64,000 bases of DNA from assembly GCF_037042905.1 (NCBI RefSeq), contig NC_087251.1, forward strand, positions 28,522,001 through 28,586,000, in the 5' to 3' direction. This stretch comes from Lytechinus pictus (taxonomy: Eukaryota). Position 1 is the first letter of the stretch; the number at the start of each line of letters is the position of its first letter. The translations under genes and the position numbers were made by a program. Under the pieces are notes generated by a model. The model was not told the origin of the DNA. It made no database searches and worked only from the letters and a program-made list of their open reading frames with translations. This document shows, piece after piece, positions 38,701 through 53,700 of this stretch.

Positions 38701-41700
38701 CATTACGTACGTCACGCCACGGTGCAGACCTCGCACTATCCTGCACTCTGACGTCAGAGTGCAGGACTGTACATTTGGTATGACATCTGAGTGCAGGATA
38801 GTGCATTTTGGATGCCATAGTGTAATTCGCTGAATATCGTGTAATCTGATTTGGACCAATCAGATTACAGAACATTCTTGGGAGTTGTATAATCAGTGAC
38901 TTTTACTGAAAAATTTTATAAGCTACTGCAAATCCTTGCATCTGATTGGCTCAGATAAATTAGTCTATGTACTCCCCTGATCCTTGTAGGATAGACTACT
39001 AGTATCTTCTAAGGAGGTTATCTGTACAGTGGGGTTCCTGTAATAGACTTATGTGATGTAGATTTGCTTTGATACACATACATTTTATAAAACAATGGGA
39101 AATGTGTTGTATGATAATCCTTTTATTTTTTCCTAGCAGCATATGTATGTTAAGGATTTTGTAAAGAAATCTGGATTGAGAAACAAGATTTTTTTTTTTG
39201 CAGTTCAGGACTCAAGCTTTTATTACTCAATAATGCTCTTGAAAATTTTCCGTAATATCCTTGATGATTGTAATATTTATATCCTAAAGAGTATAAATAT
39301 AGGATTATGCTGGAATGTCTACAGTACTACAGAGTGGATAAATCAATTTATAGATGATCATTCATAAAAGTCTGAAACCCAAATATTTGATATTACAGGC
39401 CTTGAACGGAAGAGTTGGTGAAGAGACTAAAGTACTGGAACTCCTCCTTCAGCGCTGGAAGACCTTCAACAAACAGGTCACAGAGACCAATAATGCACTG
39501 AAAGATCAGGAGGACAAAATTAAACTCTTTGATGGACCCATCGGCAGAGAGGCCAGTGTTAAAGAGGCACTTCGTACCTGTCAGGTATGTATACTCACTT
39601 TTATAACCATTTCTCTTGTCATTATCATTTTAGAAAGAGTTGTAGTAGAGGTGGTCATGAAAATGTTGATGAGGCTGAATACAATTACAATTGTTGTAGT
39701 TAACAGACTTTTATGACAAAAATAATGAAGATGAAAATCATACTAATAGTTTTGATGATGCAAATGATGATGAAGGTAAGGACGATTTTGGTGGTGGTAA
39801 TGATGGTAATGATGATCTGTGATATGTCAATCTTGTTTATAATAGTTCCAATGTATTATAGTTAAGTTAGGAGATATCCCAGCATGTTTATATTCCATTT
39901 CTTTGGGGGGAAGTGAATGTTATGCCTAACTGTGAGTATCATTGTCATGTCCTGCAATAACAGGCTATTGAGGAGCACATCAAGAGCAAAGCCAGCGAGC
40001 TTCATAAACTGAAGGCCACAGCCCACTCCCTTACCTCGGACCAAGACTCCATCAAGAAAACCCTCCAGCCACTGGTTAATCGTCAGACTGCCCTCCAACG
40101 TCTGGTCAAGCACCTGAAAGCTGACCAGGTCACTGCCTTGGAGCAGTGGTCTCTCTACCAAGAGACACTGACCGCTGTCCAGCAAGCACTCGGCAAGGCA
40201 GAGTACACCCTAAGCAGAGGGAATGTTGTCATGGGCACAGTGGAATCTCTCCAAGTCCAAACTACTAAACTCAGGGTAGGTTCCGATCATGTTTTTAAAC
40301 CCTGCTTAGTGCTTGCTTAGATGCCCAGTCATATACTGCTGTCCAGCAATACTGTCTGAGAAGCAATTGGGTCTGTGAAAATCTCTCACTGCTCGCATAA
40401 AACACTCTCCCATATGTGATAGGGTCATTAGCCACCAAACTAAATATGGTTTAGTGATGGTGTGTTGTTCTGCTCAAGCAATATTGGTAAAATTTATTAT
40501 TCTATTGTCCTGCATTTTGCTATTAGTGTTGTTTGCAAGATATTAAATATGAATATGTGGAATAGATTTTATGCAATGATATGTGAAGGATGGCTATCTA
40601 ATGAAATTCAAATTGAATGCTCTTTCTTTTATTTTTGGAATGGTTTTATTTGATGTGTCAAATTTTTGCATTGTGTACCTCCTATTCATTCATTATAAGA
40701 ATAATTCTATTTAAAATAAAAGATTTGCGACGTGATTTGTGTGAGAAGATAATACATTGCACTGCGTGCGCCCAGCTTTATATCATGAACTCTGTTGTCA
40801 AATACGTAAATTGTATGGCTTAATGTATATTATTTTGCTTTATTTATATCATTATGTTACCCTTGTTATCACTTTCCCCTACCCATTCATGGAATATCAC
40901 AGGAATTCCTATCATTAAAGGTGACCTTCTCTAATAATTTGAATGCAGTTCACTCTTCCAGTTGTATTTCTTCTGGTATTTCATTATTGCTGATGATATC
41001 TTCCTTTTCTGACTTTAATCATTGCTAATCCCAATTTCTGTAACAAAGACTTGACATTTCCTTTCGCTGCCAATCTTGTTTGAGGTGTGTGATGCAGTTA
41101 GAAAGCCATAGTTTCACAGGATAAAAATTATGCTGATGGCTGCATTTAAAAAAATGAAAATTAAATGTAAAAAATGATGCAATCTTTGCTTCTTCCAACT
41201 GAAAGAATTAAGTTATTTTTGATTGACTTTTGTCTATTTAAAAGATACTCCACATTAATTTTTGAGGAATATATGTCAACCTAACAGTATTATATATTTA
41301 CAAAGATATTAGCGTATGTCGATACTTACATAAATTACTGCACGTTATTCAATTTGCTGTGATCCTACAAATTTTTAATTGTTTTGCTGTGCATTTTTAA
41401 AGTATCTCTTGCATTTTTTCAATAGCAAGATTTTGTGAAATTTGTCAAGAATATCATCAGCTCTTGTATATGCACTAGAAACTGTGTCTGTTTCAAAATA
41501 AAATTATCAAATGATACTTAAGCCTAATACAACCCTCCCTATACAGTGCGTCCCATAAAAAAGGAAACCCATTTTCAAAGATAGATTTCACAATTATTAA
41601 ACATGTTTTTACTATGAACTTAGCGAATCTTTCAAGCATGGCAGATTACTAACAATAAATTTTTAGGCCTATCAGAAACGATTTCTGCAGTAACTCACAT

Positions 41701-44700
41701 GTCGGATTCCACTGTCATTTCAGGGATCAGTGACAAAGAATACAAAAGAAATGCTAATGAGCCAATCATCGAATGAGCAAGGTTGTTGCACCACGAATCA
41801 ATTTTGTTCAATATTCTGCGCAACCTGATTTTTGACATCAAAATTTCAAACTTGTCTAGCTCATCAGTAATACGTGAAGTGTTGGTCACATAATTGGTAT
41901 AAAAATGTAGGGGAATAATTGAATTGTATGATGGTGTTAATGAAAAATCCTAATTTGTCTTTGAAGAAAAAAGTGGGAATCCTGGTTTCCTTTTTTGTGG
42001 GATGCACTTTAGAACTACTACAAGATGCCCATATCAATATGCAGGGTTATGTGAATATCCAATAGTGTTGAAAGGAGTTTTTTAATAAAAAGCTTGATAA
42101 TAACATTCTCTTTTCTTTGTTTATATCATAGGGAGTACAATTAGAATTGAGATCTAGCATTGGCCAGCTAAACACTCTTTGTAAGCTAGCTGACCAGTTA
42201 CAAGGGACATGCATTCCAGAGATCAGGGAGGAGCTTGGCAAAACAGTCCAGAACATTTCCTCAAGGTATTCACCTCTTTCTTAGTTTTATATATTGATAA
42301 TAATAATAATACTAGCTGGATTTATATAGCACTTTTTTCATACGATTCCTTTTCCCTTGGCTCGAGCTGCCACTTCTTCAGCAGTGCTTAGGAGCATACA
42401 TTCAATACAATTGTCTTATAAAAAAACTTGTTACAAGGGATATATGTACTATAACTCATCACTGTTTGGTCTCATTACACCAATGATAATTTTCGTGGAA
42501 TCATTTTGATTGGCTTTTCAGCATTTAACTGTGATAGTTAATAAATTGCAGAGTTGAACTAGCTATGGTAAATTTAACAAGAGGTCTCGGGTTCTCTATG
42601 AAAGAGTACAAGAGCTTGATGTCATTAGTTGCTTTTTGTGCATTTTGAGAAAAAGCACAGCGCCCCTGCGTACACCAGATGCCAGGTGTTGTTATACCTG
42701 TCACGGCAGAATGCTAAAAGAATTTTATCAAAAGATTGTGAAGTCCTACTGCTTTTTTTATTTTGATAGGTGGAGCAAAGCAGAAGATGAGCTCAGGTCC
42801 AACATCAATTTATTTGAGAAGGCCACATTGCTATGGCAACAGTTTGAAGACAGACACAGTGAGATTGAGCAGTTCCTTGAAGACAAGGAGACCTTGAGCA
42901 AGGAGTGCATGCAGGGAACGAAAGAAGATGAGAAAGTATTGGCTGGTAAGGAGACGGAAGAAGGAGCAACGGAAGAAGAGATGGAGCAGGAGAGGATAGA
43001 GAGATGCACAAAATGTCAGGTATGAGAGTCTCTTTAATCAACTATACTTATATTATTTTGTTCAAGTTTAGCCCATCTCACATGATACAATCTGACTGAG
43101 CTGCAACCACTGAGTGAGATGGGAGAAAGGACATGCAATGCACATCTCGCTTTTAGACTACTCTTTTATTTGTGTTGATATTAAATCATGTAATACTGCA
43201 AAATGCAGTACCATTTGATCTGGTTGTAGAGATTGGCTTTCCCAAATCTGTCCTATTATCTAATGATATATAATTAAGTAGTAAGTTTACGGTTGTATTT
43301 TCTAATCTTTACTATATATACTATACTACTGCTGACTTGTTTTTCCTTTCTCTTACAGGAGATCCTTGTTGATGTTGAAAGCTACCCTGTAGCAACTGGT
43401 CTAGGAACCCTAGTCAATCAGCTTGTCAGATACATGGACTCTAGTACATCAAGCAATATCACCTCAAGGACCAAAGTACTACAACAGGTCAGTGGCTTGT
43501 TTATTTATCACCATTAACAGCAATCTGATTGTAACAATGTCTTAATTTTGCAATGGCAAATTTTACTTCTTGGCCCCTTGTTACTTATCGTTGCGATGAT
43601 CCGATCAGCCTCAACTATAATATGTGACCTACCCCCCCCCCCCCCCCACCCACCAATAAGTCACCAGGTAAGGTTCTCTGTATTGGTTATTGTTGGTCAA
43701 TTTCAACCTATTATATATCATTTTAAAGGTTAGGAAATGAATTTTCAAGCTCAATAAAAATCGCAATATTCATTTTGGTCGACTTAATGTTGGTTTGGGG
43801 TGGCAAGTCACATTTTATTATGGAAATCCATTGTTTCAGATTTGGCATTTCCATAGTTGTGGTTGATCAGATCAATTGCAACTCTTTGTAAGATGGGGCA
43901 CAGGACTATGTTTTTTCATATACTGTATCTCATTTATCCACTTTGATTCAATTCATGTTACTGTCATATACAGAATAAATGTCTGGCTATCTTATTGTCA
44001 TGTTTATTTATGTTTTATGCCCCCAGCGTCTAGACACCTTACAGCAGTCACTACAAAGACACATCAAGATGGAGGAAATAGACATCCAGAATCAGAGACA
44101 GTTCCGGGAGAAGACCAAGACATTACTAGAATGGCTCGAGGAAGTCAAAGACACCCTCAACATGGAAGAACCTAATAGATCCTCAGATGAACATACTATC
44201 AAAGACAGGATGGATAAACTCAAGGTAAGTTGTGTGAGCTTAAAATTTCTAAATAAGATAAACCAGGTTCGTTGACGCATTGGTTTGAGAAGGATTGGAA
44301 ATATGAAAGAACAACACTGATTCGTTAGATGTCGGTATTTTGAAGAAAATGCTCAAGCCACGATCCTGATTGCCTTTGCCATTTAGCATTTGATAACAAT
44401 CTTTTGTGTCATATGGCTCAGAACATTCAGACAAAGGATTAAAATTGAAAGATGTTGAAAGAATCAACCTGAGACAATGTTCATGGTTGTTATTGCTATT
44501 GCTATTGAACTGATGTGTTTCATTTCATCTGAAGGCTAAGAGTCGTTTCTTGACATTGACAGTCCAGGAAAAGACCAATTGATCTACTCTCAGAGAGTAA
44601 GAGATGAAAATGAAACACATATTTGTTTCATGCAAATTTGTGTGTCCTTTTGGGGGAGGCAATCATCGCCTAAAGCATTCTAATTCAAAGCTAAAAAGTG

Positions 44701-47700
44701 ACGCACACTTTTCCATCCCTTGTTATTCAGATAATATTTTGTCTTTTATCTCCTCCAGTGTTAGTTACCTATTAATCCTCCCACATTGATTTTTTATTAT
44801 TTTTATTTACTTTAACATTGTTGAAGTTATTCCATGAATGGTTGTGAAAATGTGTACCTCATATAACAGGGTAATCAAATTCAAAATGATTTCATTTGAG
44901 ATTACAAAAAATTGCATTTTAATTCTAATTGTGCCGACTCTCTTTCAGTTACTACTTGTTGACTTCACTGAGAACCAGCCCCATGTGAATGCTCTGAATG
45001 AGATAGGATATCGTATCAGCCTTGACAGATACAACTCAGGTCACCTAGCAACGCTCAATGACTGGTGGAACAAGCTCTATACCAGGCTCTCAGAGAAGTA
45101 CCGCTACCTTCAGGGAGTGCTCCTTCAGCAGCAAAACTTTGCTCAGAAGTGCAAATCCTGGATGAAGTTCCTTGCAGACACAGAGCAGAGCCTTGCTGTT
45201 GACATTGCCGGTAGCTACGATGAGTTGCTGGAGCAACAGAAAGTCTATGAGGTGAGCTTTTTTTCATTTTCATTATAATTTGCATGGGTATTACTCCAGA
45301 AATGTGACAACAGCACTGTAACAACTTTATTATGTTCTGACAGCAAATGCACCAAGGACGGTTGCCCCGTTATAAAATCTGTTATGTCATAGATGTTGGT
45401 AAAGAAGATGTTGGAACATATATTTGGAACTTCTTGTGTGGAGTTTCCAGTTGCATTTGTTTCTTTGCGCATATTACCCTTCTGCATACAAAGTCATATG
45501 AAGGTGATGTGTTACATTTTCTGTGAATTTGTCTGCAAATGTGTCTTTGTAATTCAAAGGATACATCAAATGGTATTATGTGTTTATGGGATACTTTCTA
45601 TGTAGACATAAGAGCTTGCAATTTCTCATGAAATTAGGAACCTTCTGGTCATTTCAATGTCTTGGGTTTGTATCCCACTGCTGCCACCATACCTTTATTC
45701 AAGACAATCCTCTCCTTGATATAAGTAAACAAAATGCAAATCATGAATAGTAATTCAGCTGCAATACTTATCTTCCATGATCATGAGGCTATTTGCATCA
45801 CTGTCTGAAGATAAAAAAAAATATGACAAGGAATCACCCTTATTGGTATCAGATCAGATTTATTGAAAGGGTAGTGTCTTGTACATTTACATGTTAGGTT
45901 ATATCATGAAGTGATAGGGCATCCATGGGGTCTCTGAAAGTTTCCTCTGTTCATAACAAAATAAAATGAACAACAGAAACTTGTCAAAAAATGATTTCTA
46001 TTGATGCTACTACTGTCCACTCTGACTTGAATACAAAATATTAAGATATTTTTACATATGCATTTTCTAATGCAGCTGTTTGAGGCAGACATCTTCAACC
46101 GTCAGCAGATCCTGTTTTCCATCATCAGCGATGGTCAACGGATGATTCATGATGGGGAGGTCGATGACCCCGATGAATTCCATACTAAACTAGCCCAGCT
46201 GAGTGACCAATGGCAGAGCGTCATCCGGAGGGCGAGCCAGAGGAAAGAGATCATTGACCGCAACATCAGGTAAGAAGAAAAATCAAAGATAATATGATGA
46301 GAGACCAAGCACAAGGAAGACACTTTCACACTTAACGTGTACTGTATGAATTGTATGTAATTTGCGATCACAGGAATCAGTTTAGGTGTCTCTCTAGGCA
46401 GGTGGCCGCTAACCCATGTTTGACTGTATACCAAACTCCCCTATCCTAGTCTACATGCACATGCTACCAAAGTTCTACGTTGTTGAAGTTTTTCATTCTT
46501 GTAATGAAATGGTGATGTTACACTTTTAATTGGACTTGGGGACGTAATCCAATGCAGTAATGAGCTGTACTCAATGAAGTTGTCATGCTAAAATTCTCTT
46601 ACACTCTTTGCCAGTAATAATAAGTTGAGACAAATTGTGTCTGTATATGTTCAATTGCTGTACTTAAAATGTACGATTACTTTGCTGACCAGTTGCTTTG
46701 ACCTGAATTGTATTTCTGACACAGGGATTGGCAGTCGTACAGGACATCGTTGGCCAAGATGAATGAATGGTTCCGAGATATGGAGGCTGAGGTGACAGGT
46801 TATCGGATCACGACATCCCCTCTCCAGGTTCTAAGAGGGCTTCATGAACAGACAAAGGTAATGATTGTGATGAAAATAATGGTAATGGTAATAATGAAGA
46901 TGATAGTCATGTTGGTTGAAGTATCGGGGATAATCGTGATAATGATACATTAACAAGAAAAATAGTAAGAGGAAGAGAGGAAAGAAGGTGGGTAGGAAGG
47001 AAGGAAGGAGCAGAGTTAATTATATAAGCTTGACTTATCAAAGCATGTTATGAAAGTTTTCATCCAGATTTGTCATACATTTGTTCTTGAAAGTACTCAG
47101 TAGATTGTGACTGCCATTGCTGATAATAATATTCCTCTATGTCCCTCTCTCTTTCGGTCCTTTTCCTCCATCCTGTCTTTCTGTCGTTTATTTCTCTTTG
47201 ATGATGATGATGATGAACAACATCTTTAAACAAATTATTTCACTTATTCTTTCTCAGATGACTCAAAAGTTGGTAAGTGTCCAAGAAGGCAGCTACCTCT
47301 CCCTCAACGAAGCCGGCAAATCCCTTCTTCGGAATTCCGACCGAGTTGCTGGTGATGACCTCCGCAACCAGCTGATGGAGATCCAGAATCGCTGGCACTG
47401 GTTGACTAGTCGGCTGAGGAAACAGGACAACAAGCTAGCAGAGATTCTCGGTAGATGGGAGGAGGGAGAGAGTATCATTGATGATCTTCAGTCCTGGCTT
47501 AGAGAAGCACATGGCATGTTGGATAAACAGCTACCAACGCAGTATGAAGAACTGCAGAGAGAACTTCAAAGATGCAAGGTGAGTTAGTTATAAAATTGCA
47601 TTGCCTATGATAATGACTATAAAAATGAGATCAACATAAAAGAATAACAGCAATAGTTGATCCTTTTTCATAAAGATATTATAACATAATAGTTTATTGG

Positions 47701-50700
47701 AAGTATTCATCATTAATTTGATCAGTAGTATCAGGTGAAGTTAGGGCTTAATAATTCCTTTATTGTTTGATATTTATTGCATAATTAATGTTGCTTTATT
47801 TGTCCTTGAATGTACAGGAGACAGAGAATGGTTTTGGTAACACTAAGGGTAAGCTTGAAATCCTGTACCAGAGGGAGAGTCAGTTGTGCCCCTCAGTCAG
47901 TCCTGATGACATGTCTGTCCTCCATGAGCGCATTGTCCTTCTAACTAAACAGCTTGATGAAGTACACCATCAGGTCTGTCAACGTAAACAGCGAATCACA
48001 GACAAGCTTAATGAATGGACAGCTTTCACTGATAAATATAAGGAATTCTCTGATTGGCTGACTGAGATGGAGATGAAGGTGTCACAAAATGGAGAGAACA
48101 GCATTGAAGATCTGCTTCAGAGGCTTCAAGGGGTGAGTTCTCTTCATTTTTAAAATTGTTTTTATGAAGAGTTTTATCCCAAAAAGCAAAGCTCTTTCCA
48201 ATTTGATAACTTCTAATAAGAAAACTTTTTTATCACATTTCATTCACGCATCTCTCAGGGAGTGACATTAGATGGTTCAGTTTTATTTTCAAAATTTTAG
48301 GTTGAAAGTAAAGAATACTTAAAATTGATTGATTAAAATAGATTTATTACATTCTACCATTCAACTCTTCAAATGTTGGAGGAAGAAACATTACTCTTTT
48401 GTCGTTTTATTTAAAGAAACTGATATTAGGGGCCAAAAGAGACATTTTAAATACATATCATATGCTTGGAGTGTAGATTTGATGATCAATTAGCAATAAT
48501 TCTCCTTTTGCTGATATTTTATGATTTTGTTCTAGGAAATCATTTTTAAGATTTGCAAATTACCCTTTCATAAAAAGTCAATTCTTGCCAGCTTTGTCCT
48601 AAATTTTTGAATATTTGTGTAATTTTTCACAAATATAAATACCCACATCATAAAATAGATTTGATGCCTCCTGGGACCCGTTTCATAAAAACTTTCGCCG
48701 TAAAAAACTCTGGCAAATTTTTTGCCAAGAGTTTTTTAAATTGAAGGTTTTTTGCCAGAGTATTTTAACGTGTAAATTTTCAATGGCATAATTTTGTTTG
48801 CCAGAGTTTTTGTTTAATTTGCCAGAGATTTTTTATGGCAAAAGTTTTATGCAACGGGTCCCTAGTTTAATAGATTCAAGATTCATATTTGTTGGATATA
48901 ATATTTTTGTCAACAGAGGGAGTACTTGCAAAAGATATATGCATGGTTATGTTGTGCTGCATAAAGTCACTGCATTGTCTACTTTTAGAAAATTAATTCA
49001 GTCATTCTTGCTAATTGCAGTAACAAGTAAATTCTATGAAAATACAAATGTTCTTTGCCTCTTTATGTATATGTATATTTATCATATCAAATTTCAAGTC
49101 ATTTAAAAGTATCAAAATAATTAAATTGTTTGGATGTTTTTAAACACAATACCAATTATGTAACCTTTAATATTATTCAATTTATTCACGCATAATTCTT
49201 ATTTTATTATTGGTAATGTTTATCTTTCATCGCCATATGTAAAAAAAGATATTCCTGTAGTATATTTTGCATTCAGAGCTGATAAGAAATGTAAGCATAA
49301 TGCTACCTCCCAGTACCTGACAAACCAATTTAATCCATTATGTAACTATACTTCACAAAACAAAGAGAGGAGTAGAGAGATATATACAGATAGAGAGATG
49401 TGGGAAATGGTGAGGGAAAGAGAGATAGAGATAGGGAAATAGAAAGAGAGGTGGTGAGAGAGAGAGAGAGAGAGAGAGAGATAACAACTTGGTTAAGTAA
49501 TCCTGATAAAAAAGTATACTTGATACAGAATTATTCATGGTAGCTACAGTACCAGCAGTAGTGCATATTAGTATTATACAATGGATAACCCATTCATGAT
49601 GTGAAGAAGGTTTATTTTCAAACTGAATTTGAAGTGGAATTATAGGTCTATTCACCACTGCATGTTTTTGTAAATAAGTTATGTAATCCTGATGATTGTA
49701 CTTGAGACAGAATTCTTCACAGTTGCAATAGAATTGCCAGCAGTATTGCCATAGGGTTTGTTATCACTCTGAATTTGAAGACAAATTTCAGTTCTCACCA
49801 TGCACTGCATGCTTGCTGTAATGATACCAAGATAGTCATGCAATTGATTCATAAAAGTCAAACTTTTATTTTCGTCTTTGGTAATATAACAACTCCTATT
49901 CCATCTTTAAATTGCTCTATGGACAGTTCAGCATGTTGAATGATGTACGACTTCTTGAAGTAAGTTATAATATTCAAAGATTTTAGAGCAATATTTGAAC
50001 ATATATTGAGAGAGGGGGTAAAGGGGAAAGAGAAAGGGAGTATGGTTTTCAACAAATTTATTCATTCCATTTTGTTTACTAATTTCAACGATTCTTTATC
50101 GTCCTTTTTCAAGTATATTACTGACAATATAAGTGATCATCAAAAATTTGTAAATCAAATTGAATAAAAATTTGTTAGAAAAGGCTTACCCATTCTGACA
50201 GACATGGTACTTTCTCTTCATTTAAATCTGACTTGTAATCTTTGCTCTTAAAACTTTTGCTCTTAATTATTCTGTGTGTTTTAGTGATAAGTTGTCATGG
50301 TGAACTTTTTCACACCTGCCACTTTTTCGTCATTAATGAGTTCATGATAGTTGCATTAGTCTAGGGTTTGTAGTATGTTTCAGCAAGGCCTAGTTTCAAC
50401 AAATATGATGGATATTGTCTCAATCAAATTTTACAACCGCAAAATGAAGATGGAGTTACGTTTTATATGTAGTTTCAGTTTATTTGACATTATTTTAATA
50501 TAGTCTCAAAATTTAATCCTAATTCTAAATAAGAACTAGTATTTGTATGATGTTATTTATCAAGTTTTCTCAAAGAATTTGAGATGGAAACATCTTGATT
50601 TATTTTATAGCCTTATTAATTATCATTTGTCATTGACAACGATTCATCCTGGTCCAAAGACTTTCTAAACATAAAATCTCACTGCCAGCATTCATTTGAA

Positions 50701-53700
50701 CATTAAGCGTGGGGTCTCTCACTATTAGGGCCCTTTCCTATTTTGACAGCATTAAACGGTCCCTTGAAGTTTAGAGAAACAAACCTTTAGTTTGTTTTAT
50801 GTAGGTCTCTCCATTGTAAACACACAGGAGCAAGTTCTGAAGGGAATAGTTTGGGCAAGCAATGCAAGCTATCAAACCCATGAAATATAACCCTTCTAAT
50901 TTGTCATTAGAGGCAATAGGGCTGTGGGCAATTTAGGGTGCGTTTATCCGCCACTTTTTTACCCTAGAATCATGATCTGAATCATGATTCAAATCATGAT
51001 TCTGCAGAATCACGATTGCGTTTAGTCGAAATTGAATATAATCATGATTAGAATCACAAACATGAAACACGAAAAAAGGGGCGTTTGGAAAGACGTTTCT
51101 GCAGAATCACGTACGAAAATGTTCGAATAAACGATATCGTGATTTGAATCATGATTATATGACCTCACTGTTGTGTCGGGCTACTTTCGGTTTGACTCTT
51201 GCCAAGCTCAAGGCGCTCTATATGCTCATTGTATGTACATGACTATGTACTATGAATTCATTTCTTGTCATGTTCAAGTTCTGTGTTGGTCATCGCATCG
51301 TCCACTACTTTTCATTTTTTGGTCATGTCTTCAACTTCAAGTTCTAGTAAATGAATTAACTGGACAGACAATGATCTCAGTTGTTGTTGAGTATACAGTA
51401 TCAATATCAAATTGGATCTACGCTGAAATTCACTTCCGAACACCATTTTGGATAAACTAACAAGATGAATAGAAGCATATGGACCCTTTATGATAGAAGT
51501 AAACAAAATGAGGTATAGACTGAATTCTGATGGAAGCAAAAGAATTTTCGAGAGCCGAAACATGTGCGAAAAACTTCCTCTGTCAAACTGCGCACTAATG
51601 ATGCGCACTGGATTGGCCCGAATCTGAGGAGAAACAGCATTGGAATGAAGGTCGTCTAAACGCTGATTCTGTGATATTGTGATTCATGTTTGTGTTTTGA
51701 ATCATGATTCAAATCATGATTCAAATCATGATTCTGGCTTGAGGTCGCATAAACGCAGCCATATATATACAGATAGAGAGATGTGGGAAATGGTGAGGGA
51801 AAGAGAAATAGAGATAGGGAAATAGAAAGAGAGGTGGTGAGAGAGAGAGAGAGAGATAACAACTTGGTTAAGTAATCCTGATAAAAAAGTATACTTGAGA
51901 CATAATTATTCATGGTAGCTACAGTACCAGCAGTAGTGCATATTAGTATTATACAATGGATAACTCATTCATGATGTGAAGTAGGTTTATTTTCAAACTG
52001 AATTTGAAGTGGAATTATAAATTTCTTCACAACTGCATGTTTTGTAGATAAGTTATGTAATCCTGATGATTGTACTTGAGACAGAATTCTTCACAGTTGC
52101 TATAGAATTGCCAGCAGTATTTTATCACTCTGAATTTGAAGACAAATTTCAGTTTTCACCACTGCATGCTTGTTGCAATGATGCCAAGATAGTCGTGCAA
52201 TTGATTCATAACAGTCAAACTTTTGCTCGTCTTTGCTAATGAATGTTATTTAATTGCTCTATTGATGGTTCAGCATGTTGAATGATGTACAGCTTCTTGA
52301 AGTAAGTTATAATATTCAAAGATTTTAGAGCAATATTTGAACATATATTGAGAGAGGGGGTAAAGGAGAAAGAGAAAGGGAGTATGCGTTTTCAACAAAT
52401 TTATTCATTCCATTTTGTTTACTAATTTCAACGATTCTTTATCGTCCTTTTCAAGTATATTACTGACAATAAGTGATCATCAAAAATTTGTAAATCAAAT
52501 TGAATAAAAATTTGTTAGAAAAGGCTTACCCATTCTGACAGACATGGTACTTTCTCTTCATTTAAATCTGACTTGTAATCTTTGCTCTTAAAACTTTTGC
52601 TCTTAATTATTCTTTGTGTTTTAGTGATAAATTGTCATGGTGAACTTTTTCACACCTAAAGCGCTCTTGTTGCTATGGAAACGCTCTCAGTGGGGTGACA
52701 CGTTTCGCGCAAAATTCGAAACCGCAGCATAGGCATTCTACACCTGTCGTGTGGAGTAGCGCGCTCAAAATGTGCGAAGATCGCTTCCCGAAGAACGGTT
52801 GTGTCCTCACTTACGCTAAAACCAGTTTAACGAGGCAAAGCGATCTTGAAAACTACATCGCGAGGTGGTTTTCCAAACTGGTTTGGAAGATCGCTTCCAA
52901 GACCGCTTCGACCGTTCTCACTACGCGTTAAACTAGTTTCCACTAAACTAGTTTCCAGTAAACTAGTTTTAGGAACGTAGTGAGAACAGCCTCCTAGTTT
53001 CAACAAATATGATGGATATTGTCTCAATCAAATTTTACAACCGCAAAATGAAGATGGAGTTACATTTTATATCTAGTTTCAGTTTATTTGACATTTTTTA
53101 ATATAGTCTCAAAATTTAATCCTAATTCTAAATAACAACTAGAATTTGTGTGATGCTATTTATTAAGTTTTCTCTAAGAATAAGATGGAAACATCTTGAT
53201 TTATTTTATAGCCCTATTAATTATCATTTGTCATTGACGACGATTCATCCTGGTCCAAAGACTTTCTAAACATAAAATCTCACTGCCAGCATTCATTTGA
53301 ACATTAAGCGTGGGGTCTCTCACTATTAAGGCCCTTTCCTATTTTGACAGCATTAAACGGTCCCTTGAAGTTTAGAGAAACAAACCTTTAGTTTGTTTTA
53401 TGTAGGTCTCTCCATTGTAAACACACAGGAGCAAGCTCTGAAGGGAATAGTTTGGGCAAGCAATGCAAGCTATCAAACCCATGCATGAAATATAACCCTT
53501 CTAATTTGTCATTAGAGGCAATAGGGCTGTGGGCAATTTAGGCTGATTCAATAGAATGGAGGCCAGTGAAATGGAATGAACATCTACAATTACTAATCAC
53601 TCACAGTAGGATAGCAGTGTTCACACATAATGGGTATACAAAAAGGTCATGAGTTTTATCATAAATTGAACTCCAATGATATGCATTGAGTTCTGTCAAG

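Larger units (their letters stand above)
49380..53540 (+). repeat. Tandem segmental duplication: 49380-50935 and 51763-53540
   Basis: Colinear near-identical sequence from atatatacagatagagagatgtggg to gctgtgggcaattta in both copies. Confidence 0.92.

Noticed and set aside
39862..47478. Minus-strand ORFs overlapping exons (e.g. 39862, 42758, 45055, 47293)
   Set aside because: Antisense shadows of coding exons.
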